Positions 46,710 to 57,076 are shown, counted from the stretch's first letter. The stretch: DNA of 64,000 bases from Bdellovibrionales bacterium (GCA_050246815.1 JBFWVI010000007.1:17983-81982), one strand, 5' to 3'. Notes: a model not told the origin generated them from the letters alone. A program made the numbers and translations.

Positions 46710-49582
46710 CCGACGTAGCCCAAACTTAGGAATGGCAAAAAGCCGCCTCCGGCCCGATCATCCAACCCATAGTAAAGACCAAGGGTCATCGTCACGGGCA
46801 GATGATAAGCTGCGGTTCCGCTCAAGGTAAATTCAAGGCCTGTGCCGGTAAAAATATCATCGGTGCGGCTGCGAAAAAAGGCTTCGCTCTCGGGCGAAAA
46901 ATAAGCCCCATCCACCAGGGCGCTGTCAACGAACACCGCGCCCTCAAGGCCGCGCAAGAAGACCGGAAAGGTCCCTTTGCCGCGGAAAATGTCACTCATC
47001 GGAAAGCGGTATTCGAGGTTGGTGTTGATGAGTGTGCGGCCGACCAAGGCGCCTGATGGATAGCCGCGAAGCAAATAATTAGAATTCACCAGGCTGACTA
47101 AATAATTGCCGCCGATGGTGCGATCCCCCAGAGCCACCAGGTTATTCAGTTGCAAACCCGCTGAATAAGCACCTTTGGCTTGCAGCAAAATGCTATGGCG
47201 CGCCGGCAGCGGGCCACGCACGCGCGTGCCGATCTGGCCGGTGCTGCGCTCGTATCCTAAGCGTTCGCCTGCACCCATAAAACTGGTGTGCCCGGCTGAA
47301 AAAAAGTATTCGCCCCAGCCGGGTTTGACCAAAGTTTCCGATGAGCTGTTGTAGCCTAAAAGTGCGCCCACGCCCAGGCGTTCAATGGAACGACTGCCGG
47401 TGGTGGCAGGAATTTCGCTTTCGATTTGCGTCAGGTGCAAGCCGGCGGACCAAGCATCAGAAAGACCTGGGGGATTAAAAGAGCTGTCGACACCGTAGAT
47501 CCGGTTGGTGATGCGCTGACTTTGACTTGCTAAAAGCTCATTCGTCTCAGCCAAATTAAAACCCAAACTTACGGGCAGGGTGCGATTGTCGTAGCGCAGC
47601 CCATAACTCGTTTGTTTGGTCACACTGTCATAGCTGCCGCTGACCCCATAGCCGTGCCTTTCTGTGGGATCCATGGTCGAGGTGGTGCCTTGAAACAAAA
47701 TTCCACTTTCCACTGGGTAAATGAATGGAATCCAATAGCGGGGAACCATATAGGGCCAAACAGAATAATCCTCGTCTTTGGTGGCGACTTTGGTCATCGG
47801 AGCGTGGGTGCCAGAGTCATTCTTAAATTCCAGCGCGGGCAAAGTTTGAAAGCGGGGAGGCTGATGGTTTTTGACCGCAGAGACAAAAAGTTTTCGCCCT
47901 TCGCCGGTGAGTTGCGAAAACAAAATCTCTTGTCGAGCAAAGTCATAATCGCCCTGCAAAATCTCGGTGCTGGTGTTGGTGAGCGCCTGGGCCGCAGAAT
48001 TGTCGCCCTTCACCAGATACAAGTTGCTGTTTTGGCCGACGTGGGCGGCAACCAACAAACCTTTTGGTGTGCTGCGAACCTGCGAAAAACTTTCTGCGAA
48101 ATTCACCATCGGTTTGCGCTTCAAGGTCTTCAAGTCCAAGCGGTAAAGGCGTTCGCTTCCTTTGTCGTTGCGGCCCACAAATGCCAGTGAGTGTTCATCT
48201 AAAAAGGTGGGCTGTTCGACGCTAAAGCCCCATTTGGGACGCAGGATGGTTTTGACTTTTCGTGTAGCCAAATTCATTAAGGCCAGTTCGTTACGTCCGG
48301 GCAGTGTGCGTACAAAAACCACATCCCGACCGCTTGGCGAAACATGGGGCTGCGAAGCCCTAAGGCCCCAGCTCAGGCGCTGAGGTTTTTCGGGGGCACT
48401 TAAGTTAAGCAAGTAAAGGTCACGAAAGCGCAGATGGCGTTGATGGATGGCCAGTTGATCAAATAGAATCGATTTTGAATCGGGCATCCAGGCAATGCGG
48501 GTGACGGCCAAAACTTCGGTCAACGCCTTGGCCTGATGTGAAGAAAAGCTGCTTTGCACCGGCATCGGGCGCGACACCAGTTGCAACGTCGAGCTTTCAA
48601 ACTTCGGCGAGGTCAGGTAAACCAAATGTTCACCATTAGGACTAATGGTCGGCAAGATTTGTTGTGCGCTTTCATTCTTGAAGGCGGTTTGTGTCATCCC
48701 GCCAGCCTGCTGCACCTGCTGAATTTGCGCTTGTGTTTGCCTCTGCAGTTCACTTTTGAGTTTGTTCCAGCGCTGTTCGACATCCAATTCGCCGAAATCT
48801 TCAAAAACCCCATTCAGCAAAAACGGCAGACGACGACTGAATCGCTGATTCATTTCATTCACGTCCTTGGTGCCACCTTCTTCGGCCAGGTCATGCCAAA
48901 TCAAAGCGCCAAATAAATAGGGGCGTTGTCCAAAGGGCCATGAGGGAATGGAGGATTCGTTGATATAGTCCACCGTTTCGCGCTTCCAAAAATCGCTCAA
49001 GGTCAGGGCGCGTAAGGCGGCCTGGGTGTTGGGGGAGCGCAGTCGGCCGTGGGTGGTGTAGCGGGACTCCATTTCCACGGCTAGGCCCTCCATGTACCAC
49101 CGCGGCAAAATTCCGTTGGGCCGAATCACATTGCCAAAGATATATTGCAGAGGCTTGTAAAAGCCATGCACAGGGGCAAAGGTGAACAGGTGGGTTAACT
49201 CATGCAGGATGAGCTCGTAGGCCCAATTTTCATAGTGTGAAATCGAATCGCCACTGTCGGGCAAAACAGGATAGGCCACAATCAATGCGTATGGCAAAAA
49301 GGTTGCCGAGCCATTAGCCAAATCGGTTCGATCCGCAATCAAGATGGGGATCGGCAGCGGTGGTGGATCGCCGAATAAGGGATTCAGCTGGGCGTAGGCT
49401 TTCTCGGCGGCGGCGGCATAGACCTCGGCCAAGGCCTTATTGGGTTCATTGTAAATCACCGTGAAATGAGCGCTCTCCAATTGGCGCCACTTGTAATGAT
49501 GCGGAAAAAGATCGCCATGGGCAGAGAAAGTCCACGACCAAACAGCCCACCACAGCCAAATACAAATCGGGAATGTCTTCAT
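46643..49582 (-). CDS. Omp85/BamA-family protein with an N-terminal gluzincin peptidase and a TolB-like beta-propeller
   Basis: HELTH...PRWYMEGLA; ISPNGEHL/WMPDSKSI/VSPSGRDV propeller blades; LRGY...NLEYRFP barrel signature. Confidence 0.75.
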   Translation of the reverse strand: MKTFPICIWLWWAVWSWTFSAHGDLFPHHYKWRQLESAHFTVIYNEPNKALAEVYAAAAEKAYAQLNPLFGDPPPLPIPILIADRTDLANGSATFLPYALIVAYPVLPDSGDSISHYENWAYELILHELTHLFTFAPVHGFYKPLQYIFGNVIRPNGILPRWYMEGLAVEMESRYTTHGRLRSPNTQAALRALTLSDFWKRETVDYINESSIPSWPFGQRPYLFGALIWHDLAEEGGTKDVNEMNQRFSRRLPFLLNGVFEDFGELDVEQRWNKLKSELQRQTQAQIQQVQQAGGMTQTAFKNESAQQILPTISPNGEHLVYLTSPKFESSTLQLVSRPMPVQSSFSSHQAKALTEVLAVTRIAWMPDSKSILFDQLAIHQRHLRFRDLYLLNLSAPEKPQRLSWGLRASQPHVSPSGRDVVFVRTLPGRNELALMNLATRKVKTILRPKWGFSVEQPTFLDEHSLAFVGRNDKGSERLYRLDLKTLKRKPMVNFAESFSQVRSTPKGLLVAAHVGQNSNLYLVKGDNSAAQALTNTSTEILQGDYDFARQEILFSQLTGEGRKLFVSAVKNHQPPRFQTLPALEFKNDSGTHAPMTKVATKDEDYSVWPYMVPRYWIPFIYPVESGILFQGTTSTMDPTERHGYGVSGSYDSVTKQTSYGLRYDNRTLPVSLGFNLAETNELLASQSQRITNRIYGVDSSFNPPGLSDAWSAGLHLTQIESEIPATTGSRSIERLGVGALLGYNSSSETLVKPGWGEYFFSAGHTSFMGAGERLGYERSTGQIGTRVRGPLPARHSILLQAKGAYSAGLQLNNLVALGDRTIGGNYLVSLVNSNYLLRGYPSGALVGRTLINTNLEYRFPMSDIFRGKGTFPVFLRGLEGAVFVDSALVDGAYFSPESEAFFRSRTDDIFTGTGLEFTLSGTAAYHLPVTMTLGLYYGLDDRAGGGFLPFLSLGYVGHGGVDGSSVNSTRLRPASLAR

Positions 49583-49588
49583 GATGAT

Positions 49589-50941
49589 TTACTGTGCCAC
49601 GTTGTTTTGGGGTTGTACCTGATAATTTGCATTGACCCGAAACAGCAAGACAGCGCCCACTAAGAACATCAGCAAAATCACCAGCAGCGACCAACGGGGT
49701 TCGCCGGTCACCAAGCTAGTCAAGCCCACTAAAAACGGCCCCATGATGGCCGAGAATTTGGTCAAAAGGTTGAAAAAGCCGAAAAATTCGCCCGCCTCAT
49801 GAGGCGGGATCATACGGGCGTAAATGGAGCGCGATAGGGCCTGGACACCGCCTTGCACCAGACCGATACCGCCGGCCATCACATAAAAGTGCCAGGCCGC
49901 GGTCATTTGTGTCGCCATGACAGTGATCAACGCATAGACCAACAAGCAGCACAAGATTCCGCGCTGGGCACCGATATGTCGGCTGATTTTAAGAACCAAA
50001 AGTGCGGAAGGAAAGCCGACAAATTGCACGATCAAAAGGGCGCCGATCAGGTCGGCGGACGAGAATCCCAGTGCCATACCATAATCCACGGCCATGGTGA
50101 TGATGGTGTTCACCCCGTCAATGTAGATAAAATAGGCGGTCAAAAAAAGCAGCAAGGGGCGGTGGTGCCCGATTTTTTTAAACATGGCGACTAAATTGCG
50201 AGAGCTTGAGGCGATGGCCTGCCCCAATCGTGGCTGTTTGGATGGACGATAGCGTTCGCGCACCCATAAAAAAAGTGGCAACGAAAAAAGCAGCCACCAG
50301 CCCGCCACACTGACGAACGAAAGCCGAATGCCAAGGGGCCCGGAACTTAAACCAAACAGATCATGCTTCAAATACATCAGCACATTCAGTGTGAACAGCA
50401 ATCCACCACCAAGGTAGCCGACGGCGTAGCCCCAGCTTGAAACCTTGTCCATTTTTTCGCGCACACTGACGTCCACCAAAAGAGCGTCATAAAAAATCAG
50501 GGCACCCCCGAATGCGAAATTAGAAAGTCCGTAAAGCCAAGCGGCGCTGGACCAATCACCCATTTCGACGCCAAAAAGTGAAGCTGTGGTCAAACACCCA
50601 AGCAGAGTGAAAGAGGCCAGGAATATTTTTTTGCCAAAGCCTTGGTCCGCCAAAGCGCCCAGAAAGGGGGCCAAAAGCGCGATGGCTAGGCCTGCGGAAG
50701 AGTTGGCCACGCCAAGATAGTAGGTGCTTTGCGTGGCTTCAAGACCGCGTGACCAATACTCTTTGAAAAACACGGGGAAAAATCCGGCCATCACGGTGGT
50801 GGCATAGGCCGAGTTGGCCCAATCATAAAGGGCCCAACTGTACATTTCGCGGCGGGTGGGTTCGTTAATCTTTGGAATTTTTCTGCCCTTTCCACCATGT
50901 TTGCCATTCGCCGATGGCTTTTTGGCGGTCGCCTTCTTCAA
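49589..50941 (-). CDS. MFS transporter (UMF1/Atg22-like)
   Basis: SWALYDWANSAY, FYDALL, GYAVGYLGG, QALSRS, EFFGFF. Start uncertain (TTG 50941 overlaps the upstream gene). Confidence 0.88.
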   Translation of the reverse strand: MKKATAKKPSANGKHGGKGRKIPKINEPTRREMYSWALYDWANSAYATTVMAGFFPVFFKEYWSRGLEATQSTYYLGVANSSAGLAIALLAPFLGALADQGFGKKIFLASFTLLGCLTTASLFGVEMGDWSSAAWLYGLSNFAFGGALIFYDALLVDVSVREKMDKVSSWGYAVGYLGGGLLFTLNVLMYLKHDLFGLSSGPLGIRLSFVSVAGWWLLFSLPLFLWVRERYRPSKQPRLGQAIASSSRNLVAMFKKIGHHRPLLLFLTAYFIYIDGVNTIITMAVDYGMALGFSSADLIGALLIVQFVGFPSALLVLKISRHIGAQRGILCCLLVYALITVMATQMTAAWHFYVMAGGIGLVQGGVQALSRSIYARMIPPHEAGEFFGFFNLLTKFSAIMGPFLVGLTSLVTGEPRWSLLVILLMFLVGAVLLFRVNANYQVQPQNNVAQ

Positions 50942-52016
50942 AATCCACGCTGATGGTCGGCCCTTTTGGATAGCGCAATTTCAGCGCTTGGCTGAGGGCA
51001 TATTGTAAATCCGAATCGTCTGTTTGGCTCAGTGCCTGAACCAGTGTGCCCATATTTTCTAAAGAAGGTTTGGTGCGCATCAGGCGCAAGGCATCGGCTT
51101 TAAGTTCAGCAGATTCCTCTTTATCTGTCAGAATTTGCGCCAGCACTTGGCGGATTGACGGCGTCCATTGTCCATCTAAAGAATTCAGGGCTGCGCGACG
51201 TTCTTCCAGGGGCTTGTTGCGGTCGGCAAGCACGGTCAGTTGGCCGCCGCTGCGGTCCATCCACTGGGATTTTTCCATGTCGTTCCAGCTGCTCCAGAGT
51301 GGGCTGGCCACAAGCCATCCCTGACCTTGCAGGGCTGTGGCCCACATGGTGGGGGTGATTTTGTGGAACTCGTACTTTTTCTTGCCACTTGTCAGCACGA
51401 ATCCGGGTTTGTCTGCGGCCATGGCTTTGTGCATGCGGTTGGTGATGGCGAAGTCTTGTAACGAATTTTTGAATAGATTGAAAAATTCCCAGTTGGGGAA
51501 CTCGTCTTTCATTGAGCTTTGCCATTCACCGCGCACCAATTCGAACGCCGCCAGCTTTTCATCACCGCGGCTGATCACCAGGGGGGATTCAAGATGAATG
51601 CTAGCTTTGCCATTGTCATCGAACCACGAGCGATGCAGGGGCGAATAATAAATTCCTTCACCACTGACGCTGGCGCACTGTTTGCCGTCGCCCACGGTAT
51701 GGGAGTCCATGTAATAGCGGCGTTCGACCCACTTGTTGCCCACTTTAGCTTTGACGGTCAAATCGGCTTTGCCCAGCGAGTTACAACCGCCTTCGATTTC
51801 TTGACTGAAAAGTGGTAGAAACTGCTCGAAAGATCCAAGCTTCACGCTGCGCTCAGCCAACTTGTAGCCGCCGCCACTGCGGCGCAACTGAAACTGATCG
51901 TGGCGACTTTGAAACAGCAGTTCACTGGGGGACTGGGCAAAGGCCCAGTGTGAAATAAGACACAAAACTGAGCAGAGTATGGCTGGGCCAAATATTCTTC
52001 TTTGGCTACATCTCAT
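50865..52016 (-). CDS. Exported hypothetical protein with C-terminal HEAT-like repeats
   Basis: Signal peptide (AFA); ERRAALNSL...LKADALRLM...LQYALSQAL...WQTWW. Confidence 0.6.
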   Translation of the reverse strand: MRCSQRRIFGPAILCSVLCLISHWAFAQSPSELLFQSRHDQFQLRRSGGGYKLAERSVKLGSFEQFLPLFSQEIEGGCNSLGKADLTVKAKVGNKWVERRYYMDSHTVGDGKQCASVSGEGIYYSPLHRSWFDDNGKASIHLESPLVISRGDEKLAAFELVRGEWQSSMKDEFPNWEFFNLFKNSLQDFAITNRMHKAMAADKPGFVLTSGKKKYEFHKITPTMWATALQGQGWLVASPLWSSWNDMEKSQWMDRSGGQLTVLADRNKPLEERRAALNSLDGQWTPSIRQVLAQILTDKEESAELKADALRLMRTKPSLENMGTLVQALSQTDDSDLQYALSQALKLRYPKGPTISVDFEEGDRQKAIGEWQTWWKGQKNSKD

Positions 52017-52164
52017 CGAGTTCCCCTTTGTTTGCACACTTGCTTAATAATCCCACGCGATAGGCCATGGAATCAATATCATGATTGAAGTAATGCGTAT
52101 TGGCTTCTAAACTATTGGGGCTAGTTCGTCGCACAGCATCCCATTTTTGGGATAGGAGGAAACC

Positions 52165-54723
52165 TTGGACACCGCGATTTTATCGACTTGGTCAGGATTT
52201 TTTTTGAGTGAGAGTCTCTACAGTTGGGCCATACTGGGCACCGTGATCGCTTTTTTAGCCTTGGGTTTTATTGGCGCACCACTTTGGCTTTGGACCGCCA
52301 CGGGTGCTGTAGCACTTTTTGGTTTCGCGGCTCCCGAGTGGCTTTGGACGGCCTACTTGGCGGCCTCTGTGGTGTTCAACATCAAGCCGATTCGACAATA
52401 TTTGTTGTCCTTGCCGGTGATGCGGGTGATGCAAGCCCTTAAGCTGATGCCCGAAATCTCGGCCACCGAGCGCACAGCGCTTGAAGCGGGCGTGGTGTGG
52501 ATGGAGGCCGAGCTGTTTTCGGGCAAACCCGACCTTAAAAAAATGTTGAATCAACCCAAAGCCACTTTGACCACTGAGGAGCAATCCTTTTTGGACAAAG
52601 AGTGTGAAGAACTCTGCGCCATGATCGATGACTATGAAATGATGCGTACCAAACAACTGCCGGCGCAGGTTTTCGACTACATGAAGAAAAAAGGTTTTCT
52701 GGGCTTGATCATTCCCAAAGAGTACGGCGGCCACGGTTTTTCGCCGGCGGCGAATTCGGCCATCGTGCAAAAGATCTCTTCGCGTTCGATTGGTGCGGTG
52801 ATTTACGTGATGGTGCCCAACTCCTTGGGGCCAGCGGAATTGTTGGCTCACTACGGCACTCAAGCGCAAAAAAATAAATATTTACCCCGTCTGGCGAAGG
52901 GCGAAGAAATTCCGTGTTTCGGTTTGACCGAGCCCATGGCCGGGTCCGATGCCGCGTCGATCACCTCGGAAGGTGTGTTGTTCAAAGGCAGCGACGGCGA
53001 AATTTACATTCGCCTGAATTGGCGTAAACGTTGGATCACCTTAGCAGCCCTTTCAACCCTGATCGGCTTAGCCTTCCGCCTGCGCGATCCGGATAATTTG
53101 CTGGGGCGGGGAGAAGATCTTGGCATCACCGCCGGCTTAATCCCGTCGAATCTGCCTGGCGTGATGATCGGCAAGCGTCATGATCCTTTGGGAATACCGT
53201 TTCATAACTGCCCCACAGAGGGCGAAAACGTCGTGGTGAAAGCCGAAGACGCCATTATCGGCGGTATCAATGGCGCCGGCAAAGGCTGGACGATGTTGAT
53301 GGAATGTTTGGGCGCGGGCCGTGGCATCAGCTTGCCGGCGCAGGCCGCAGGCGGCACGAAGCTTTGCAGCCGCGTGACCTCCAACCACGCCACCATTCGT
53401 AAACAATTTGGTATGAGCATTGGTCGCTTCGAAGGCATCGAAGAGCCTTTGGCTCGTATCGCGGGCAACACTTATTTAACCGAGGCTTTGCGCCGCTATG
53501 TTTTGAGTGCACTCAATCAGCACATCAGCCCGCCTGTTGTGACTGCTATGGCCAAGTACACCACCACTGAAATCGCGCGCCAAACCATCAACGACGCCAT
53601 GGATGTGGTGGGTGGTGCAGGCATCTCGATGGGGCCACGCAATTTGCTGGCCTCGGGCTACATTGGTATGCCGATCAGCATCACCGTTGAGGGTGCCAAT
53701 ATTTTAACTCGTACTTTGATGATTTTTGGCCAGGGGGCACTGCGCGCCCATCCGTACGCGTTCAAAGAATTGGACGCCATCGGTAAAAATGATTTGCAAG
53801 CCTTTGACCGAGCATTTTGGGGTCACATGGGTCACATCTTGCGCAACACGGTTCGCGCGCTGCTGCTGTCGTTCAGTCGTGGTCGTTTGGCCACCTCACC
53901 TGTCGGCGGGCCAGCTGCCAAATATTGGAAGATGCTGACCTGGACTTCGGCCAGCTTTGCGATCCTGGCCGACTTGGCCATGGGGATGTTGGGAGGGCAG
54001 CTCAAGGCTAAACAAAAATTGACTGGTCGATTCGCCGATATTTTATCGTGGATGTTCATCGGCGCGGCCGTTTTGAAACGTTGGGAAGACGAAGGTCGTC
54101 CGGCTGCAGATTTGCCCATGGTGCGCTATTCAATGCATATGGCCTTTCATAAAATCCAAGAGGGCTTCGACGGCATCTACTCGAACTTGGATGTGCCGTT
54201 GATCGGTCGCTTCTTCCGCGGTCCTGTTCGCTGGTGGTCGCGGGTGAACGTGTTGGCTTCCACCCCGCGCGACAGTTTGACTCACAAGATTGCCCACGCG
54301 ATGTTGAACAACCAAGAGGTTCGAGACCGTCTGACCAAGGGCATCTATATGCCCACAGCGCCTGGCGAGTCGATGGCTCGTCTTGAAAAAACCTATGCGG
54401 CGATCAAACAAGCGGAAGTGGTGGATAAAAAAATCCGCGATGCGATCAAAGCCAAGCGGATGCCCAAGAAAAAGGGACCCGCCGCCATCGAGGAGGCTTT
54501 AAAAGCCAACGTCATCACTCGCGACGAATACACGATGATCAGCGAGGCAGAAAAAATGCGCTTCGAAGCGATCCAGGTCGATGAATTCAGCGAGACTGAA
54601 TACGTGCCGGGCACCTATCAGCCGAAGCACCAGCCCGTGAAGCCGTTTGAAACCGGCAAATGGGCCAAGGGTGGTGGCACAGCTGCCACGGCCAAACCAA
54701 CAGATCACGGCCGCGCGGTTTAA
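52165..54723 (+). CDS. fadE: Acyl-CoA dehydrogenase FadE (long form)
   Basis: ISATERTALEAG, MVPNSLGPAELL, CFGLTEPMAGSDA, GRGISLP, RKQFG, PISITVEGANILTR, C-terminal DUF1974-type region; AGGAGG SD. Confidence 0.93.
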   Translation: MDTAILSTWSGFFLSESLYSWAILGTVIAFLALGFIGAPLWLWTATGAVALFGFAAPEWLWTAYLAASVVFNIKPIRQYLLSLPVMRVMQALKLMPEISATERTALEAGVVWMEAELFSGKPDLKKMLNQPKATLTTEEQSFLDKECEELCAMIDDYEMMRTKQLPAQVFDYMKKKGFLGLIIPKEYGGHGFSPAANSAIVQKISSRSIGAVIYVMVPNSLGPAELLAHYGTQAQKNKYLPRLAKGEEIPCFGLTEPMAGSDAASITSEGVLFKGSDGEIYIRLNWRKRWITLAALSTLIGLAFRLRDPDNLLGRGEDLGITAGLIPSNLPGVMIGKRHDPLGIPFHNCPTEGENVVVKAEDAIIGGINGAGKGWTMLMECLGAGRGISLPAQAAGGTKLCSRVTSNHATIRKQFGMSIGRFEGIEEPLARIAGNTYLTEALRRYVLSALNQHISPPVVTAMAKYTTTEIARQTINDAMDVVGGAGISMGPRNLLASGYIGMPISITVEGANILTRTLMIFGQGALRAHPYAFKELDAIGKNDLQAFDRAFWGHMGHILRNTVRALLLSFSRGRLATSPVGGPAAKYWKMLTWTSASFAILADLAMGMLGGQLKAKQKLTGRFADILSWMFIGAAVLKRWEDEGRPAADLPMVRYSMHMAFHKIQEGFDGIYSNLDVPLIGRFFRGPVRWWSRVNVLASTPRDSLTHKIAHAMLNNQEVRDRLTKGIYMPTAPGESMARLEKTYAAIKQAEVVDKKIRDAIKAKRMPKKKGPAAIEEALKANVITRDEYTMISEAEKMRFEAIQVDEFSETEYVPGTYQPKHQPVKPFETGKWAKGGGTAATAKPTDHGRAV

Positions 54724-54736
54724 TCATCTTGTATCA

Positions 54737-54757
54737 GGGGCTTTAAAATAAAGCCCC
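54737..54757. terminator. Hairpin between convergent fadE and the orphan gene
   Basis: GGGGCTTTA-AAA-TAAAGCCCC; overlaps the stop of 54743..55972. Confidence 0.5.
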
Positions 54758-55972
54758 GTCCCTCAATTTATAAACTAAGGCCTCATCGCAGTCGCTCGTC
54801 CTTAAGGGCGATAAGACCACATAGCGGCGCTCCGGCGCTGGGATCTTTTGTCTGATCCCTGTTGTGTACAGTCTGATGTAACTGGGACGATGTTCGGGCG
54901 GGAAAACTTTGATGATCAGATTGTCGATTTGTCGGCTGTTGCCGAATTGTTTTTGTAAAGACTCATATTCAGACAGCAGCACGCTTCTGAGCGAGGTCAT
55001 TTGACTCAGGTATTCACCAGTCGCATCCGGATAATAGGGGTTTGCCAAATCAGCAGATGGGCCTAGGTAAGCCAGTCGCTCAAGCAGGGCTTCGAATTGT
55101 TGACGAGTGAATTTTTTGTAGATCTGCGTGCGAAGAACCTCTTCAAGTAAAACCAGTCTTTGCAGCGGAAAAAGCACGATGTCGGTGGCGACTTTGATGA
55201 TCAGCGATGGGCTTGCAGCCGGAAGAAAACCCAAAGCCCAGGATTGGCCCAGGCGGTAGTACCAGGAACGACTCAGGCCACCGTTGACGTCGCGGGTGAC
55301 AACCCGTTCAAGAAGTTCCATTGCAAACAGCAGAGAGGTCTCATCAACCACCATACCCAGTTCAGCGAAGAGGCTCAGATAATTGGCACGGTTGGGTAGA
55401 TTGCCGGTCAGATCAAGGCTTGCGACACCGCTGGCCATTCTCATTTTTTCCGGATTTGCCAGCATACTTAAAAATCGCAGGCGAGCTGGGACGTCTGGAC
55501 GAGTTCTTAAAAAATTCTCGAATTGAGTGTAAAGCAGGCGGTTTGTTTCAACCAGTTCGGCAAAAAAAGCACGATCTTCCATAAAGGCAGAACTGGTGAC
55601 TGTCGTTCCATAGAAATAATTAAGCGCAAGATAGACATCAAGGCTCGCTTTTACATCCGCATCCAAAGTGCGGTATTGAATTGCCAGATTAAACTTTCTT
55701 AGAAGCTCCTGTTCGCCACGCGCCACGAAATTGTATTCGCTCGCGGCGATGGCTTTGATAAGAGCAGGCAGCTTCTGAGTGGGTTCTGTGGCCAGTGAGC
55801 CGATCTGCTGCAAAAGCTGATCTCTTGCGGTCGAAGCTTGAGCCTTGGCGTCTTCGGTAGTCGCTGATATTGCGGAGGGATTTACTAACATGGAAAAAGC
55901 CCAAACGGTCAAAATCGCCAAAAGACACCTTCGTGCCGGGGAATGCTCAATTGCCGTGATCATGAGTACCAC
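54743..55972 (-). CDS. Orphan exported alpha-helical protein with a C-terminal CDEAL motif
   Basis: Signal-like N-terminus; no recognisable domain. Confidence 0.55.
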   Translation of the reverse strand: MVLMITAIEHSPARRCLLAILTVWAFSMLVNPSAISATTEDAKAQASTARDQLLQQIGSLATEPTQKLPALIKAIAASEYNFVARGEQELLRKFNLAIQYRTLDADVKASLDVYLALNYFYGTTVTSSAFMEDRAFFAELVETNRLLYTQFENFLRTRPDVPARLRFLSMLANPEKMRMASGVASLDLTGNLPNRANYLSLFAELGMVVDETSLLFAMELLERVVTRDVNGGLSRSWYYRLGQSWALGFLPAASPSLIIKVATDIVLFPLQRLVLLEEVLRTQIYKKFTRQQFEALLERLAYLGPSADLANPYYPDATGEYLSQMTSLRSVLLSEYESLQKQFGNSRQIDNLIIKVFPPEHRPSYIRLYTTGIRQKIPAPERRYVVLSPLRTSDCDEALVYKLRDGALF

Positions 55973-56102
55973 CTTTGCAAAGTGGGCCGATCTCGGGGAG
56001 TGTCACAGCACCACATTGAATCAAAGCTGCAAATCAGCCCATCTAACGCGTAAAGTCAATGGGGCTTACTCGTTTTCGAGGTTTGTCCTCTGGCTTTAAT
56101 GG

Positions 56103-57062
56103 TCAAATCGACTGTGTCGCATCCTCAGGCAGAAGAATCTGTCGTATATTATCGAACAAGCGGGTTGGTGCCTCAGAATTGAGGTATACGGGTGGCTGCG
56201 CGCGAGCAGCCCGCCTAATGGCGGCACTCACGGTGTTGTCTGCGGCAAATTGGGTCGATAAGATTTGCCAGCTGTCGAGGCTTTTCCATAGATTCGCATT
56301 CACTAGGTCGTACCCCAACATCGAAAGATCATGCAGATAAGCTCGGCTGCCAACGTGTTCGATGATATTGCCCAAAGCTGCGGTTTGCTTATCCCAGTAA
56401 TCGCCGATCAATTTGTTTTGGCTCAAGATGGCAGCCATAAAGGCGGGGTTTTTTTGAGCCGCACGACTGCGTCGAAGTCGACTTAAAAAATTGGCGCGTG
56501 CTTTGATCGCTTCAAAGATCATTTTAGGCATAAAGACCGCACCAAACACGTGTGCGCCAAAATGGTCGTGATAAAACCAAGAGCCATAAGTGGCAAAACC
56601 ATGTAGTCCCTGCGCCAACAAGTCGATGTAAATTTCGTTGGCAAAGGGCTCCTTTCCTGAAGAGACATCCTGAAAACGCACACCTGAAAAAGCAGCCCGA
56701 GCACGCGGATTTTCCAATAGATCGTTTAGTGTTTGTGTGGTGGCGACCAGCATCACGCCCTCCTTGGGGCGAAGTAAAAGGCCTAGTCTCTTGGCGAGCT
56801 TAGGGCGCTTTCGAATGAACTCCACCGTCCCGTTATTAAAGGGGGGGATTTTATTTTCAACGTTGTAGGTGATTTTGATGTAAAGACGCCCTTCGTACTT
56901 TGCTAGCCCCATGATCCGGTGTGCGTACACAAAATCAGGTTGCGCCAATAAAACACGAAAATCTAAAACCTGATCGCAATATCGAGCGGTGACTTTGTCG
57001 GGCTCAACGGCGTTAACAGCCGCATTCAGTAGAAGAGTCAGAAAAGCGCTTTTAAGAATCAC
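56103..57062 (-). CDS. Orphan exported protein with an N-terminal CDQVL motif and an HDxxxxH cluster
   Basis: Signal peptide (AVNA); WFYHDHFGAHV. Confidence 0.55.
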   Translation of the reverse strand: MILKSAFLTLLLNAAVNAVEPDKVTARYCDQVLDFRVLLAQPDFVYAHRIMGLAKYEGRLYIKITYNVENKIPPFNNGTVEFIRKRPKLAKRLGLLLRPKEGVMLVATTQTLNDLLENPRARAAFSGVRFQDVSSGKEPFANEIYIDLLAQGLHGFATYGSWFYHDHFGAHVFGAVFMPKMIFEAIKARANFLSRLRRSRAAQKNPAFMAAILSQNKLIGDYWDKQTAALGNIIEHVGSRAYLHDLSMLGYDLVNANLWKSLDSWQILSTQFAADNTVSAAIRRAARAQPPVYLNSEAPTRLFDNIRQILLPEDATQSI

Positions 57063-57076
57063 ACGGCGCCTCGCGC

